From: Lama guanicoe
Lineage: Eukaryota
Direction: 5' to 3'
Length of the DNA: 64,000 nucleotides
Assembly (NCBI GenBank): GCA_013239625.1
Contig: MU053472.1
Location: 1,054,001 to 1,118,000 of the forward strand
A program made the position numbers and the translations under genes. This document shows, piece after piece, positions 63,385 through 64,000 of the stretch. The notes under the pieces were generated by a model. That model saw nothing but the letters and a program-made list of their open reading frames with translations. It made no database searches and was not told the origin of the DNA. How positions within the stretch are numbered: position 1 is the first letter of the stretch; each line of letters starts with the position of its first letter.

Positions 63385-63475
63385 GCCCTAGCTGGACTGC
63401 TGCACCTCGGCAACATCCGGTTTGCTGGCGCTGGGGATGAGGCCCAGCCCTGCCGGCCAATGGATGATGGTGAGT
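63385..63475 (+). CDS. MYO19: MYO19 exon 12 (alternative donor would end it at 63469)
   Basis: cag|GCC CTA GCT GGA...GGT GAG T|gtgagg; 91 nt; ALAGLLHLGNIRFAGAGDEAQPCRPMDDGE. Confidence 0.9.
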
Positions 63476-63923
63476 GTGAGGGCGAGGGCAGGGGGCCTGC
63501 AGCTCAGGGTTTGGGCAGACACCTGGGGAGCGAGGCAGGCCCTGCCCAGAAAAGAGCCAACATTTGGTGGGATTGGGTGGGAGGGAGGCCAGAGGGTGAA
63601 ATCTGGAATGTGCCCCTGAAGCCATCAGCTGTAGGGCCTTGCCCTCGGGAAGTTACTCCTCACCCTGTCTCTGGAAAGGCAGCATCATCCACAGACAAGA
63701 AAACGAGAGTGGGAGGATTTGTAAAGCGGTTTATCCCACAAGTGGAGGCGTGGACTGAGACACAGAAGTCCTGAGTTCAAGTCCTGCCTCTGCCGTAGGC
63801 GAGTCTCAGGCCCACCAGCACCTAGGTTCACTCTGTCCCACTGGGTGGGTCGTGGTTCCACTGATGAGTCCACAGTGCCTTGTGTGGAGGGCTGTTTGGA
63901 TGGAGAGTGTTTGTGCCTCCCAG

Positions 63924-64000
63924 GCGCTGTCAGGACATCAGCCTTGCTGCTGCGGCTCCCAGAAGACCCACTGTTGGAGACACTGCGGATTCGAACCATC
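63924..64000 (+). CDS. MYO19: MYO19 exon 13 (truncated by the window end)
   Basis: cag|GC GCT GTC AGG ACA...; AVRTSALLLRLPEDPLLETLRIRTI, in frame with exon 12. Confidence 0.92.

Larger units (their letters stand above)
46170..64000 (+). other. MYO19: MYO19 (mitochondria-associated unconventional myosin XIX) gene, 5' part; non-coding exons end at 46291 and probably 47145
   Basis: Eleven in-frame coding exons of a myosin motor domain with P-loop GESGAGKT, switch I NNNSSRFGK, YLLEKTRV and ERNFHIFY. Confidence 0.92.

Overview
Mammalian genomic DNA, most likely a camelid (inferred from several copies of a Vic-1-like tRNA-derived SINE). It is syntenic with the human 17q12 cluster. From left to right: the 5' part of DHRS11 (minus, exons 1-3); the complete GGNBP2/ZNF403 gene (minus, 14 exons, 696 aa core isoform); PIGW (minus, single coding exon, 502 aa); and the 5' half of MYO19 (plus, coding exons 3-13), which shares a bidirectional CpG-island promoter with PIGW. 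All coding exons were placed by GT-AG boundaries and frame continuity. Introns carry L1, L2, MIR, Charlie1, MER8/Tigger2 and SINE repeats, and there is one 47-N assembly gap. I found no new protein-coding system, CRISPR array or real RNA gene. The most interesting signals are in RNA processing. GGNBP2 has an in-frame 126-nt cassette exon, tandem donors plus an intronic poly(A) signal after exon 7, candidate poison exons in intron 3, and an exon 3-6 circle that would encode exactly 184 aa and is flanked by inverted MIRs. DHRS11 has a CUG in strong Kozak context where human has Met1. MYO19 has overlapping uORFs and a strong competing donor in exon 12. Comparisons with human, mouse and cattle proteins, and repeat family names, come from memory and need checking by alignment.
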